Shown here: one piece after another, positions 29,745 through 40,426 of the stretch
Layout: every line of letters begins with the position of its first letter
How positions within the stretch are numbered: the first letter of the stretch is position 1
DNA from: an uncultured Chloroflexia bacterium
GTDB taxonomy: Bacteria > Chloroflexota > Anaerolineae > Aggregatilineales > Phototrophicaceae
Direction of reading: 5' to 3'
Assembly (NCBI GenBank): GCA_963772595.1
Contig: CAVYXZ010000012.1
Span: forward strand, 202,191-266,190
Length of the DNA: 64,000 bases
The notes under the pieces: generated by a model
Seen by the model: only the letters and a program-made list of their open reading frames with translations
What the model was told of the DNA's origin: nothing
Databases searched by the model: none
Made by a program: the position numbers and the translations under genes

Positions 29745-30659
29745 ATGCAGACGCTGGATCTCGACGCACTACAAAACGCCGTCGTCCAGCGTTACGGATT
29801 TGATGGTCCTGGCGTATGGTCGCCGATCTTCAACGGCGATGAATGCCTCGTCTGGCGCGTCGAGCAGGGCGAGTTGCCGCTGATTGTGCGAATCAGCCCG
29901 GCCTGGCGCACACCCGCCGAACTGCAATGGACCCACGACCTGACGCTGCACTGCGGCCAGTCCATCCCCGAAGTCGTCGCACCGCTGCGTGCCCGCGATG
30001 GCTCGACCCTCTTCGTTTTCGAAGACTGCCCGGTTACGCTCTACCCCTTTGTGTCCGGCAAGGACATCGACACCGAAAACATGGCGCTGGTGCAGGCCGC
30101 TGCGCGTCTGCTGGCCCGTATTCACAAGGCGGCTGTTCGATGGCCGGAGCAGCGTCCGCGTCCGGCTTCCAAGACGACGCGCCCTCAGCCGCTGCCGCCG
30201 GAACGTTACCCGGAGGTCTTCCAGGACCCAGAACTCGATGCCTGGGAGGCATGGCTGGACCAGACCGACACGCTGGTCTTCGGGCCGATTCATGCCGATT
30301 ACTACAGCCGCAACGTGCTGGCGACCGACACGACGATCACCGGCGTCATCGACTGGGACGAAGCCTACATGGATCACCTGATGGCCGAGGTCGGCTGGTC
30401 AGCCTGGGAGTTCGCGCAGAATTGGACCGGCGACGACCTGTTTTATGACCGGGCGGCGCTGTATCTGGAGGCTTATTTCGCCGAGGACCCGCCCTGCCCA
30501 CGCCATGAGGTCGAGCACGCCGTGCAGTTCATCCGGCGGCGGCTGCGACGCGAATCCGTGCTGCAATTGGCCGCTGCCGAACGCGGCGAGGACTGGGAGC
30601 AGGAGTATACCGAACAGGAGATGCGAGCCTTTGCGGCGTTGAAGGGCCAATCTCTGTAG
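29745..30659 (+). CDS. phosphotransferase-family (APH/ChoK-like) kinase
   Basis: Brenner-type motif IHADYYSRNVL and …VIDWDEA…. Confidence 0.65.
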   Translation: MQTLDLDALQNAVVQRYGFDGPGVWSPIFNGDECLVWRVEQGELPLIVRISPAWRTPAELQWTHDLTLHCGQSIPEVVAPLRARDGSTLFVFEDCPVTLYPFVSGKDIDTENMALVQAAARLLARIHKAAVRWPEQRPRPASKTTRPQPLPPERYPEVFQDPELDAWEAWLDQTDTLVFGPIHADYYSRNVLATDTTITGVIDWDEAYMDHLMAEVGWSAWEFAQNWTGDDLFYDRAALYLEAYFAEDPPCPRHEVEHAVQFIRRRLRRESVLQLAAAERGEDWEQEYTEQEMRAFAALKGQSL

Positions 30660-30693
30660 GGACGCGGCACCGCCATGTCCGAGATGAACAGGT

Positions 30694-31729
30694 CTAATTC
30701 ACCGGTTTTAAAAGCGTTTTGACGCCCTGTTTCGTCTCAAAAAGGTCGAAGGCGGCCTGCCATTCGGTCACCGGATAGCTGCCGCTGATGAGCGGGGCGG
30801 TCTGCACCTGACCGCTTGCCATAAGTTGCAGCGCGCGAGTCCAGGAGGCAGGCACGCTGGCGTTGCTGCCGGTGACGATCAGTTCGCGGTAGCAGACCTG
30901 ATCGAGGTCCCAGGCGACCGGCTTGCCGAAGAGACCCACCTGCACATAGCGTCCACCGCGCCGCACGAGTTGCAAAAGTTGCATGGCAGCGGGTCCAGCG
31001 CCAGAACATTCATAGACGACGTCAGCCCCTTTGCCTTCCGGCGTAATGTCCGCGATGAGGTCGGTAGGGTTGTCGGTCTGGACATTCAGCGTGTAATCCG
31101 CGCCTAACTCACGCGCCAGAGCCAGACGGTGCGCATCGGTGCTGGTGCCCAAGACGACGGCAGTCGGCCCCGGCGGCTTTGACCACTTGCAGCGTCAGCA
31201 GGCCAATCGCGCCCGGTCCGGCGATGACGGCCCTATCGCCCGGTGCGATGGTCCGGGGCGTCAGCACAGCATGAACGACGCAGGCCAGCGGCTCGGTCAG
31301 GGCACCGGCCTCGAAATCGACCGTGTCCGGCAGCGGATGGATATTGCCCGCAGGCACGATCACGTAGCTGGTGAAGCCGCCGTTGACCCCGGAGCCGATA
31401 CTGCGGCGTTCCAGGCAGAGGTTCGGGTGCCCGGTGCGGCAGTAGCGGCAGTGCCCGCAGGTCGAGAAATAGGTCTCGGTGGTGACGCGCGTGCCCGGCG
31501 CGATGCTCTCCACGCCTTCACCCAGCGCCACGATCTCACCGGCGACTTCATGGCCCAGCACGACCGGCGGCCTGACCGGGAACTCGTCGTTGTAGATGTG
31601 CAGATCGGTCCCGCAGATGCCCGCCGCCTGCACGGCAATCTTGACCTGGCCCGGCCCGGCCTCCGGTTCGGGGATGTCGCAGAGTTCGACATTGCCGACC
31701 CCGCGTGCCACCTTCATCACTGCCCGCAT
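30694..31729 (-). CDS. zinc-dependent medium-chain alcohol dehydrogenase (threonine/sorbitol-DH-like), frame change near 31150
   Basis: [15 protein letters not shown], structural zinc site …[15 protein letters not shown]…, Rossmann GAGPIGLL-like. Confidence 0.75.
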
Positions 31730-31953
31730 GGTATTGCCCCTTTGTGTTCCGATGGTTGCCAGTATACGTCATCACAACAAAGAGGACACAACATGGGGTG
31801 CCCCTCAGATGATGCGCTGTGTGACCCGGAGCTGCGCCGCCGACTTGTTAACCTCATCCCTAAATCCCCTCGCCAAAATGGCGGGGGGACTTTCAAGGGC
31901 TGTCTTGCACGGGTTCTTCGCTTCTCCAACGTCAGGGGATGAGGTCAAATACC

Positions 31954-33171
31954 TTATCCCGTCACCGGCAGATTGTAGATGTTCGGCGTGACCGTCACCC
32001 AGGTGCTTCGGACCCAGCCGGTCAGGCCGCCGACCGTGATCTGCACCCAGGAACTGTCGCTGTTGCGCCCGATGGCCGGGTAGCTCTGGCCTCTGCCGAT
32101 GAGGGTCAGGACCGGCGCGGGATAATAGGGCGCGCTGCGCAGGTTCAGGTAGTAGGCGCGCACGGTCGCGTAGCTGCCGCTGGGCGCGGGTGCCGAGGGA
32201 TTGGTCGTGTTGCTGGTGACCGGTACGCCGCCGATGTTGCTCAATGCCACCCAGGTCGAGCGCACCCAGCCCGCGTAGCCGTTGGCGTTGATCTGCACCC
32301 AGGAGGTATCCAGGTTGCGCCCGATCACCGTGTAGACCTCATTGCGATGGATCTGAGCGATGACCGCGCCGGTGTAGGGATTCGGTATGTTGCGGACGTT
32401 CAGCAGGTAGGCGGTGACGGTCGCCGTCGCGCCGACGGGTGGCGGTGGCGGGATCGGAGTCGGGGTCACATAGGTGCCGCCGCTGCCATCGGTGACAGGC
32501 ACGGCATAGATGTTGGTCGCGTTGACGTAATTGGCGTTGACCCAACCGTAGCTGCCGTTGACGTTCAATTGCAGCCAGGTGTTATAGGCATTGCGGCCCA
32601 CCAGCGGGTAGGTCTGCCCCTGGCTGATGACGCCCAGCTTGGCGGCAGTGGCATAGGGCTGGGCGCGCAGGTTGAGAAAATTGACCGTCACGGTCGCCTG
32701 CGGGCTTCCCGGCGGCACATTGTTCACCGGGTTGAAATTGTACAGCAGGTAGGCGATCTCCGTCGCTTCGAAATATTCGACCACAAAGCTGTGATTGCCC
32801 GCGCCCAGCGTCACCGTCGTCTGGTAAAATCTCCCGGCGGCGGGATGCCATTCGTTGATATACAGGACGCCATCGACGTAGAGCCGGACCCCATCGTCCG
32901 CCTTGAGGCTGAACTCGTAAGTCCCGGCGTTGACGTAATCCGTTTTGCTCCAACGTACCGAGAAATAATCGGCGGGCAGGCCCGGCACCGGCGCATTGTA
33001 GCCCCACTCATTGGTGGGCGAGCTTTCGCTGCGCACGACGATGGGCGAGCCGCTGAGCGAGGCGTTGTTGTAATACTCCGCCGTCCACAGATTGCCGCCC
33101 TGAGCCAGGGTAGATGGGACAATGAACACGGCCAGCAGACCGAAGGCAAGCCAGAAGATAAGGCGTTTCAT
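31954..33171 (-). CDS. secreted PA14-domain protein with 4 bacterial SH3 (SH3b) repeats
   Basis: Signal peptide MKRLIFWLAFGLLAVFIV. PA14 region WTAEYYNN…YFSVRW…GTYEF. Repeats …ATVTAYLLNVRNIPN…GWVRSTWV…. Confidence 0.7.
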   Translation of the reverse strand: MKRLIFWLAFGLLAVFIVPSTLAQGGNLWTAEYYNNASLSGSPIVVRSESSPTNEWGYNAPVPGLPADYFSVRWSKTDYVNAGTYEFSLKADDGVRLYVDGVLYINEWHPAAGRFYQTTVTLGAGNHSFVVEYFEATEIAYLLYNFNPVNNVPPGSPQATVTVNFLNLRAQPYATAAKLGVISQGQTYPLVGRNAYNTWLQLNVNGSYGWVNANYVNATNIYAVPVTDGSGGTYVTPTPIPPPPPVGATATVTAYLLNVRNIPNPYTGAVIAQIHRNEVYTVIGRNLDTSWVQINANGYAGWVRSTWVALSNIGGVPVTSNTTNPSAPAPSGSYATVRAYYLNLRSAPYYPAPVLTLIGRGQSYPAIGRNSDSSWVQITVGGLTGWVRSTWVTVTPNIYNLPVTG

Positions 33172-33416
33172 GATGTTACTCCCCGAACAACGCTGGAGGG
33201 CGTCGTACATTGTGTTGACTGATTAACTCTATTATACGAGAGGACGCAACTGATTGGCGGTTTAGCGCTCGGCGCTCACATGACGCCAACTACACGCTGC
33301 GGTTAGAAAACGGTTGTGCTGCCCGCCAAATGTGACATTCGACACTGCCGCCCCGGCCTGATCTCCGGTAGAATCCAGATTAGATCATCTGTGCTAATTT
33401 CATGGGGGATCGAGTG

Positions 33417-33926
33417 ATGAACTTTCCTTGCGAGATCAGGACGTTGACCCACCAGCCTGCCGTTTCCGTGCGCTTCCGTGCCCCGGTGGAGGAACTGCCG
33501 CGTCACTTCAAACGCGCCTACCGGATGGTCGGCCAGTATCTGGCGGAAATGGGCGTGGTCCACGACGGCCCGGTCTACGCCGCCTACTATAATCTTGACA
33601 TGCAGGCCCTGGATGTCGAGGCCGGATGCGCCCTGGGCAAGCCGCTTTCCGGCAAAGAAGAGGTGCAGGCCAGCGAGGTCGCCGGAGGCCCCTTTGCCAT
33701 CTGCCACTACACCGGCCCCTATGATGCCATGCCGCCGGTCTACGAGATGCTGATGAAGTTTGCCACCGAGCAGGGCTATCGCTTTAACGAGCGGCTGCCG
33801 TATTACGAGTGGTACTTCAACGGCCCGGACGATGTCGCGCCTAAAGATCTACAGACCGACATCGCCATTCCGCTGCTGCCTATTGAAGAACCCGCCACCT
33901 TCCGCCACATGAAGGCGGTGGAGTAG
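33417..33926 (+). CDS. GyrI-like small-molecule-binding domain protein
   Basis: About 170 aa …VRFRAPVEELPRHFKRAYRMVGQYLAEMG…GPFAICHYTGPYDAMPPVYEML…. Confidence 0.65.
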   Translation: MNFPCEIRTLTHQPAVSVRFRAPVEELPRHFKRAYRMVGQYLAEMGVVHDGPVYAAYYNLDMQALDVEAGCALGKPLSGKEEVQASEVAGGPFAICHYTGPYDAMPPVYEMLMKFATEQGYRFNERLPYYEWYFNGPDDVAPKDLQTDIAIPLLPIEEPATFRHMKAVE

Positions 33927-33962
33927 GTCGGGGTAATCCAGGCGAGTCGCTGCGGGTAACGC

Positions 33963-35363
33963 TCAATCCCCAGCGGCGGACTGCAACTGCGTCTGCGGCA
34001 TGTTGAGGCGTTCATCGGCCTTTGCCCCGCGCAGCATATAGCTGAATACCCGCAGGACCAGACGCGGATGGAGCAGACTGCTGGGCGGCTCGATCAGTTG
34101 GGTAACTTTCGAGAGCGCAATCGCCAGGTCGCTGTCCAGCGGGCAAACCTTGACCAACTGGTCGATATACCTCTGTACCAGACGCGCCGCCGCACCGGGC
34201 CGGTCGCCGTCCGTGCCGGGATAGCGCAGGTCCTCGCCGGTTGCCAGCAGCCAGGGGTTCTGAATCACCTGAGCCAGCGTTTTGAACCACATCGCGGCCA
34301 GCCCGTTAGTGGACCCGGCGTGCTGGCGCAGCATCTCGTCCAGCTTTTGTGCTTCCATCGCCGCCACCGTCATGCCCTGGCCGTAGATCGGGTTGAAGCC
34401 GCAGTAGGCATCGCCAATGACGAGCAGACCCTCAGGGAAGCGCGGCAGCTTTTCGTAGTGGTTCCAGACGTTTTCGGTGCGCCGGTAGCCATAGATGGGC
34501 GAATCCGGCTCCAGGTCTTTGACGATTTCGTAAAGAATTGGCGAGGGCAGGTTGCGCACGAAGTCCATGAAGTCCGCCTCATCCGTGGGGGGATAATTCT
34601 TGTTCGCGCCGCCGACAGTCAGGACCAACCGCCCGTCTTCCACGATCTGCACTGCCCCGCCGGAGAGCTTCGGCGAACCCGCCACCGCGGTAATCAGAAT
34701 AATGTGCCAGTCGAAATGCTGGCCCGGTGGGAGCTTGTACCAGCGTGTCGCATAGCCCAGGTAGGAATTGACGACCGTCTGCTGCGGAGTCTCATAGCCG
34801 AGTCCTTTCAGGAGTTCTGGCGTTTTGCTGCCGCGTCCGCTGGCATCCACCACCAGATCCGCCGGGATCGTCTGCGTGCTGTGGTCGCTGCGCGAACTGA
34901 CCTCGACGCTGCTGATGCGCTGGCCCTCCATGACATAGCCTTCCACCTCCGTCTGCGGCAGGTAGTCGATGTTGTCGCGCTTCTTCAACTGTTGGCGCAG
35001 ATAATAATCCACTGTGACGCGGCTGACCGGGTTGGTGATGACTCCGCTTTTGACCCGTTTGGACCAGCCGCCTGCCGTTCTGAAAGCCGCATCCAGCCCA
35101 ATGTCGATGCTCGCCACGCCGAGTTCACCCAAATCCGCTTCGAAGGTCGGGAAAAGCTGGGCGAAGATCTCGTGCCCCTTCGCCAGCAGCACGTGCAGAT
35201 GCCGTGCCTGGGGGACTCCGCTGCGGTACTCGGCGTCATCCGGCAGTTGATCGCGCTCGATGATCGTGACCCGGTCAAAGTGCTGGCTGAGGACCCAGGC
35301 GGCCAGCATCCCGCTCACACTGCTGCCGACGACAAGTGCATGACCTTCGGTGGACATGAGCAT
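33963..35363 (-). CDS. FAD-dependent oxidoreductase / monooxygenase
   Basis: N-terminal GxGxxG (ALVVGSSVSGMLAAWVLS), DG fingerprint, 466 aa. Confidence 0.65.
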   Translation of the reverse strand: MLMSTEGHALVVGSSVSGMLAAWVLSQHFDRVTIIERDQLPDDAEYRSGVPQARHLHVLLAKGHEIFAQLFPTFEADLGELGVASIDIGLDAAFRTAGGWSKRVKSGVITNPVSRVTVDYYLRQQLKKRDNIDYLPQTEVEGYVMEGQRISSVEVSSRSDHSTQTIPADLVVDASGRGSKTPELLKGLGYETPQQTVVNSYLGYATRWYKLPPGQHFDWHIILITAVAGSPKLSGGAVQIVEDGRLVLTVGGANKNYPPTDEADFMDFVRNLPSPILYEIVKDLEPDSPIYGYRRTENVWNHYEKLPRFPEGLLVIGDAYCGFNPIYGQGMTVAAMEAQKLDEMLRQHAGSTNGLAAMWFKTLAQVIQNPWLLATGEDLRYPGTDGDRPGAAARLVQRYIDQLVKVCPLDSDLAIALSKVTQLIEPPSSLLHPRLVLRVFSYMLRGAKADERLNMPQTQLQSAAGD

Positions 35364-35409
35364 TAGCCTCGCAATATCTAGCGTTAAGGAATTACGATTA
35401 TAGCGGAGT

Positions 35410-36945
35410 TCAGGGCGATTTGGCTGTGGTATCCGGCGATACCGGCCAGGTAAAGCGGCATTCGGCGTTCTCGCCGCGCGCCACCGTGTCGCAGCGTGTC
35501 ACCAGACGACCCTCGTAGCGCACCTCGAAGCTGCTGACCTTGCTGCCGTTGGGGGTCTCGCTGCGCCAGGGCACACGCAGCGGGTCGGTGAGCGTCTCCT
35601 GCCCCTGGCGGTGATTGGCGATTGGGAGACACTGGGGCGGCACGGTCGGGGTCCCGCTGGTCAGGATAATCTGAAAGCAGTTGAGGTCGGTCGGCAGCAT
35701 ATCGCGCGGGATGCGATCCCCGGAGAAATCGTCGGTATTGTCATCGACGCCCCGTACGAATTTGAGGTCCTGGGTATGCAGAGGGTAATCGCCCTGGTTG
35801 ACGATGGTGAAGGTCGAATCGTCGTAGATCAGCAGGACAGGCGCGCCGTCTACCGGGCCGCTGCCGCCGAGTTCGCTCAGGCCGTTGATGATAAAGGCGG
35901 CGGCGATCAGCAGGATCACGGCTACCAGCGCAATCAATTGAATGGGATAACGGCGCGGGGCTGGTTTGTTGATCTGTGAACGGATCGATTCATTGGGCGC
36001 AGTAGGATCATCCGAGCTGGCTTCCTTCAGTGGCAGACCGTAGCCGCCGCGCACAGCGTTGACCAGTTCGGTGGCCGTCTCATGGCGCTGCCGGGGGTCT
36101 TTGCTGAGTGCCTTGAGCAGTGCGCGCTCGACCTCTACCGGGATCGAAGGATTGAGTTCACGCGGCGGGGGCGGCGGTTCGCTAATGTGGGCCAGCGCGA
36201 TCTCCATCGGCGTGCTGCCGTCGAAAGGCGTCTGGCCGGTGAGGATTTCGTAGAGGATGATGCCCAGCGCGTAAACATCGCTCTGGTTCACCGCCTGATC
36301 CGACGAGGTCGCCTGTTCCGGCGCGATGTAACGCGGTGTGCCGAAGGCCGTGCCGAGCGTCGTCTCCGAGGCGGGCCGCAGCACCAGCCCCAGGTCGGTC
36401 AGGGTGGCTTTGTCTTCCGAATCGATCAGAATGTTCGAGGGCTTCAAGTCGCGGTGAATAATGCCCTGCGAGTGGGCGTAATCGACCGCCGAGGCGATCT
36501 GCGTCATGATGTTCAGGCCGCGTTCCGCCGGCATCAGATTGCCTGCCTTGCGAATATCGCGCAGGATATGCGCCAGGTCCTGGCCGGTGATGAGCTTCAT
36601 CGCCAGGAAGTAGACGCCTTCGGTCTCGTCCTCACCGTACTGGTAGATGTCGATGATGTGTTCGTGGTCCAGGGCCGCCGCCGCACGCGCTTCGCGTTTG
36701 AAACGGTCGTAGATGCTGTTGTCGATCTCGAAGCGTTCCAGGTTGAGGACCTTCACCGCCGCAGGGCGCTGGAGCTTATAATCCATCGCCTTGTAGATGC
36801 GGGCCATCCCACCGGAGGCCAGACGGCTCGTGATCCGGTAGTCGCCAAGTTGTTTGCCGATCAAGGGATCATTCGACCGGGCGCTGCGCTGCTGCTTCTC
36901 AGACACCTGCCCTCCGGCTTCAGTCGAGTTTGGGGAGGATCCCAA
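35410..36945 (-). CDS. Ser/Thr protein kinase (Hanks type) with extracellular C-terminal region
   Basis: GGMARIYKA…AVK, HRDLKPSNILI, DLGLV, APE motifs; TM segment; 511 aa. Confidence 0.85.
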   Translation of the reverse strand: MGSSPNSTEAGGQVSEKQQRSARSNDPLIGKQLGDYRITSRLASGGMARIYKAMDYKLQRPAAVKVLNLERFEIDNSIYDRFKREARAAAALDHEHIIDIYQYGEDETEGVYFLAMKLITGQDLAHILRDIRKAGNLMPAERGLNIMTQIASAVDYAHSQGIIHRDLKPSNILIDSEDKATLTDLGLVLRPASETTLGTAFGTPRYIAPEQATSSDQAVNQSDVYALGIILYEILTGQTPFDGSTPMEIALAHISEPPPPPRELNPSIPVEVERALLKALSKDPRQRHETATELVNAVRGGYGLPLKEASSDDPTAPNESIRSQINKPAPRRYPIQLIALVAVILLIAAAFIINGLSELGGSGPVDGAPVLLIYDDSTFTIVNQGDYPLHTQDLKFVRGVDDNTDDFSGDRIPRDMLPTDLNCFQIILTSGTPTVPPQCLPIANHRQGQETLTDPLRVPWRSETPNGSKVSSFEVRYEGRLVTRCDTVARGENAECRFTWPVSPDTTAKSP

Positions 36946-38140
36946 GTTCCTCAGCCTGTTCCCGATCTATGACTCCACCCTTTTGCCCGATGTCACTGGC
37001 GAGATCAGCCAGCTTATCGGGGTCGAAGAGATCGTCCACGTCCTCAAGGTTGAGATCCTCAAGGCCGTCGAAAATGCTCATATCCAGATTCTGGATCGGC
37101 TCTAACTGCACCGGCTCCGGTTCATCGTAGCTGATCTCAGCGCGTTCCAAAGGCTCGAAAACCGGCTCCGGTTCGTCGGCAGCCTGGGCTTTGCGCTGGC
37201 GGCGCGGCGCTTCGGCCTGCGCTTTCTTGGGTGCTTCGACGATGAAAGCCTGGGCACCGATCAGCGCGACCAGGTCTTCGCAGGCCCGGCGGCCATAACG
37301 GTTGACCGACCCCAGGGCGCGGTTGCCTGTCTCGCCGTTGAAGGCCAGGCACAGGAAATGATGCAGGCCAATCGACAGCACGTAGACGTCGTAATCGTCG
37401 CCATCGTAGAGGTGCATGGCGCGCGTTTGCCCGCCCACCAGTTCCTCCATGTTTATCATGGTGTTGAACATCGGCTGGAGGACCTCAGTCAGCTTTTCGC
37501 GGTCCAGATAGCCCACCGCGCCGCGTTCGAGCAGGACCTCGCCCGACCGGTTGGTGAGCACAATCGCCATCGCCCCGACATCGGTCAGCAGGGCGTCGAT
37601 GATCGGACGCGCGGCTTCGGTATCGACCAGCGGCACCGGCCCCAGGTCACGTGTTTCGGCAGGGGCTGCCGCTGCGGGCGCTTTGTTCATGGCCGCGAGC
37701 ATGTCGCCGCCATCCAGCGCGACCTGGATGACGTTGGCAAACTGGTTGAGGTCTACCGGACGGTGGAAGTAGATGAACGGCGATTCGTCGCCTAATTCCT
37801 CCATGTCCAGTTCAGGGTCGGTACTTTCTGCCAGGACGATAATGCGGGTATCCGGCGAGGCCAGGCTGACCTTGATCGCCAGTTGGTAGCCGCGAATATC
37901 ATCGTCCAGTTCAATGGTCGTCACGAGCAGCGCGCAATCGCCCTGCTCCGCTGCTGCCAGCGCATCCTGGCCGTTGGTCATATCGACCAGTATGACCGGG
38001 CGATCCAGCAAATCACAGATGGCGCGCATGATTCGCGCCAGCGATCCCGTCGAGTCCACCGTGATTATGCGAGGCGAAGAAGCAGCCATAACTCCAATCC
38101 GTGTCTCGTTCTCAGTATGAATATTCTTATTATACTGCAA
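36920..38140 (-). CDS. receiver (REC)-like domain + roadblock/LC7 (MglB-like) domain protein. 3' end overlaps the kinase start.
   Basis: …RIITVDSTGSLARIMRAICDLL…DALAAAEQGDCALLVT… then roadblock-like …IVLTNRSGEVLLERGAVGYLDR…DVYVLSIGLHHFLCLAF…. Confidence 0.55.
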   Translation of the reverse strand: MQYNKNIHTENETRIGVMAASSPRIITVDSTGSLARIMRAICDLLDRPVILVDMTNGQDALAAAEQGDCALLVTTIELDDDIRGYQLAIKVSLASPDTRIIVLAESTDPELDMEELGDESPFIYFHRPVDLNQFANVIQVALDGGDMLAAMNKAPAAAAPAETRDLGPVPLVDTEAARPIIDALLTDVGAMAIVLTNRSGEVLLERGAVGYLDREKLTEVLQPMFNTMINMEELVGGQTRAMHLYDGDDYDVYVLSIGLHHFLCLAFNGETGNRALGSVNRYGRRACEDLVALIGAQAFIVEAPKKAQAEAPRRQRKAQAADEPEPVFEPLERAEISYDEPEPVQLEPIQNLDMSIFDGLEDLNLEDVDDLFDPDKLADLASDIGQKGGVIDREQAEELGILPKLD

Positions 38141-38277
38141 AATCCCGATGGGACAGGTGAGGGTCTTAAGAATTCGAATAGGAAAGCGGAACTACAGGGG
38201 TAAAACGATGACATCAGGCTCAGGCGGTGGTGTAATTGGGCCGGACGATGTCGCGGGTAGAAATGGATGATAGCAGA

Positions 38278-38553
38278 TCATGATGTCGCAGTGCAGCGGC
38301 AGGGTGCTGCCGAAGTGGCGGTTGCGCGCGGCCCGCTGGTAAATATCTTCGGCCAGCAGCAGATGACCAGCCCCTGCCAGGAGAAGGAGATGCGCCGCCG
38401 CCGGTCGAAGACGGTCAGACGAGGCGTGATTCGGACACGCTGCCGCAGCCGGATCCAGGCGGACCTCCGCTGCTTTCGGGTGACGACGGTCTGGCCTTCG
38501 AGCGCCAGCGCGATCACGAAGTCTAACTGGTTATCCGGCATAGCCATGTGCAA
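38278..38553 (-). CDS. small ORF overlapping the ECF sigma stop (possible anti-sigma partner; no zinc-finger motif seen)
   Basis: Track ORF only. Confidence 0.2.
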   Translation of the reverse strand: MHMAMPDNQLDFVIALALEGQTVVTRKQRRSAWIRLRQRVRITPRLTVFDRRRRISFSWQGLVICCWPKIFTSGPRATATSAAPCRCTATS

Positions 38554-39100
38554 CCTGCACCTCTCGGCCTCGAAGCTGGTGGCGGAGATTCTCGCGGGCG
38601 TAGTACAGACGGCTTTTGACCGTCCCTACCGGGCAATCGAGAATCTGGGCGATGTCGTCAAGGCTCAAACCATTGAGATAATGCAGGACCACGACGACTC
38701 GCTGGTTGAAGTTCAAGGTGGCAATCGCTTTGCGCACTTCTTCCTGCAAACCGGCCACCTCCAGGGCATGATCCGGCGTGCTGCGGGCCGGACTCATCAG
38801 GTAATCAACGACGGTCTCCAAGGAGACGCGCCGCTTCTTATGCCGGGTCAGCCAGGTGTAGCTGAGGTTCACCGTGACACGATACAACCAGGGCATGAGC
38901 GGCAGGCTGCAATCAATACGGTTGGCATAGCGGTGCAGCCGCAAAAAACAGTCCTGGGTGATGTCCTCGGCAATTGCTTCGTCATGAGTGATTGCCAGCG
39001 CAGTACGATAAATCTGGGCATAGTAGCGGTCGAAAAGTGTGCCAAGCGCGCTCAGGTCATCGGCCTGAAGACGCTGAATGAGTTCGCCATCGCTTTCCAT
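38531..39100 (-). CDS. RNA polymerase ECF sigma factor
   Basis: Region 2 …DITQDCFLRLHR… and region 4 …LSLDDIAQILDCPVGTVKSRLYYAR…. Confidence 0.85.
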   Translation of the reverse strand: MESDGELIQRLQADDLSALGTLFDRYYAQIYRTALAITHDEAIAEDITQDCFLRLHRYANRIDCSLPLMPWLYRVTVNLSYTWLTRHKKRRVSLETVVDYLMSPARSTPDHALEVAGLQEEVRKAIATLNFNQRVVVVLHYLNGLSLDDIAQILDCPVGTVKSRLYYARENLRHQLRGREVQVAHGYAG

Positions 39101-39275
39101 ACGTTCTCCACATAAAACAGGTATCTCAAAAGCTTAAGTATTATTTAATCGCCTGCGCCGATATTTTCACGTGGTAAAAGGTGGCAAAATACTACCATAC
39201 TTTCGTATAGTTTTGCCAATAATTGCTGGGGCCAGTTGTAACGCACACTGTAACTGAGGGTTTTTCGGGACCTGT

Positions 39276-40178
39276 TTACTTGAGCAGGCCAATGCTGCGC
39301 AGGTTTTGCAGGATGATGCGCTCCCAGGGGGCGCTGGTCTCGACAAAGAGGTAGTGGCCGCCCCGTTTCAGCACTTCCTGGCGGATCGACTCGCGCCAGG
39401 CATCCAGCCGCCGCAGGTAAATCTCGCGCATGTTGGCATCGACCGTGACCTCCTGGCTGCCGCCGGTCTCCACGTCGATCAGGCGCAGATCGCCGACCAT
39501 CGGCGGGTGGACTTCTTCCGGGGCCAGCACGTGCAGCAGCGCCACCTCGAAGCCTTTGCCCATCAGCGCCGCCATGCCCTCGATATAGCCGTCGGGCGAG
39601 AACATATCGCTGATGATAAACATCAGGCCGGGCCGCGTCACCCGCAGCGCATAATCGTCCAGCAGGGCGTTCAGGTTGGTCATGCCGCCGGTCCGCAGCC
39701 GCTCGACAAAATCGAGCATGGCGACCGCGCGCGCACGTCCGCGTGAGGGGCCGAAGGTCTCGTTCCCCCGGTCATTGGCCGCTGTCAGGAGCATCCGGTC
39801 GTTGCTGTTGAGCGAGGTGTAGGCCAGTCCCGCTGCCAGCCGCCGGGCGAAGACGAACTTGTTGGTGTTGATGTCCTCGGCATCGCGCGGCCAATCCATG
39901 CTGGCTGAGGTATCGACGATAATGTGGACGGCCAGGTCTTCCTCGTCTTCCAGCAGCTTGATGTAAGGCCGTTCCAGGCGGGCGTAGATGTTCCAGTCCA
40001 GCCGCCGCAGATCATCACCCTGGGTGTAATTGCGGTAATCGGCGAACTCGATGCTGGTGCCGCGTTTGGTCGAGCGGCGTTCACCTTTGGTGGCCCCGGC
40101 CCGCGCGCGCTGCGACCAGAGCATCACCTGTTCCAGTTTGCGCCGTGTTTTCTCGTCGAAAATCTTGTGATCGGGCAT
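39276..40178 (-). CDS. DUF58 (VWA-like) protein, partner of MoxR ATPases
   Basis: …SIEFADYRNYTQGDDLRRLDWNIYARLERPYIKL…IIVDTSASMDW…. Confidence 0.85.
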   Translation of the reverse strand: MPDHKIFDEKTRRKLEQVMLWSQRARAGATKGERRSTKRGTSIEFADYRNYTQGDDLRRLDWNIYARLERPYIKLLEDEEDLAVHIIVDTSASMDWPRDAEDINTNKFVFARRLAAGLAYTSLNSNDRMLLTAANDRGNETFGPSRGRARAVAMLDFVERLRTGGMTNLNALLDDYALRVTRPGLMFIISDMFSPDGYIEGMAALMGKGFEVALLHVLAPEEVHPPMVGDLRLIDVETGGSQEVTVDANMREIYLRRLDAWRESIRQEVLKRGGHYLFVETSAPWERIILQNLRSIGLLK

Positions 40179-40247
40179 GGGTGGGTAGTCTCTAGTCGAT
40201 GGTCAAAAGTCGATAGTCTCTGGTTCAGAGTCCGGTGAAGGTCGTAG

Positions 40248-40267
40248 GGGCACAACATGTTGTGCCC
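40248..40267 (+). promoter_or_regulatory. perfect 20-bp palindrome GGGCACAACATGTTGTGCCC upstream of the DUF58 gene. Its half-site GGCACAACATGT recurs upstream of moxR at 41457-41468.
   Basis: Direct sequence comparison. Confidence 0.45.
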
Positions 40268-40336
40268 ACATTTCGTGTTTCCTAGTATCAGGACAGAGTG
40301 GGCTGTGCCCTTACGTGCTTACACCCCTCCCTATAT

Positions 40337-40414
40337 CCCTCCCCGAATTCAGGGAGGGACTTTGAAAACCCCGCAGCGGAGCGTTCTCCCTTCCCTTCGA
40401 ATTCGGGGGAAGGG
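40337..40414 (+). repeat. two GAATTC-centred hairpins (tccctccccGAATTCagggaggga; ccttcccttcGAATTCgggggaagg) between moxR and the DUF58 gene
   Basis: Same core as the B-unit hairpin gccgtcGAATTCattcggcggc. Confidence 0.4.
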
Positions 40415-40426
40415 CCGGGGATGGGG

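Noticed and set aside
31740-31950. Structured spacer between the PA14-SH3b gene and the Zn-ADH gene (nested inverted repeats cctcatccc…gggatgagg and cccctcgcc-aaaat-ggcgggggg) as a riboswitch or sRNA
   Set aside because: Most simply a bidirectional or stem-loop terminator for the upstream minus-strand gene. No match to riboswitch cores I can recall. Noted only.
38278-38553. Small ORF overlapping the ECF sigma stop as a cognate anti-sigma factor
   Set aside because: No HxxxCxxC zinc motif or TM segment. The overlap and position are suggestive but the sequence is not; left as a low-confidence CDS.
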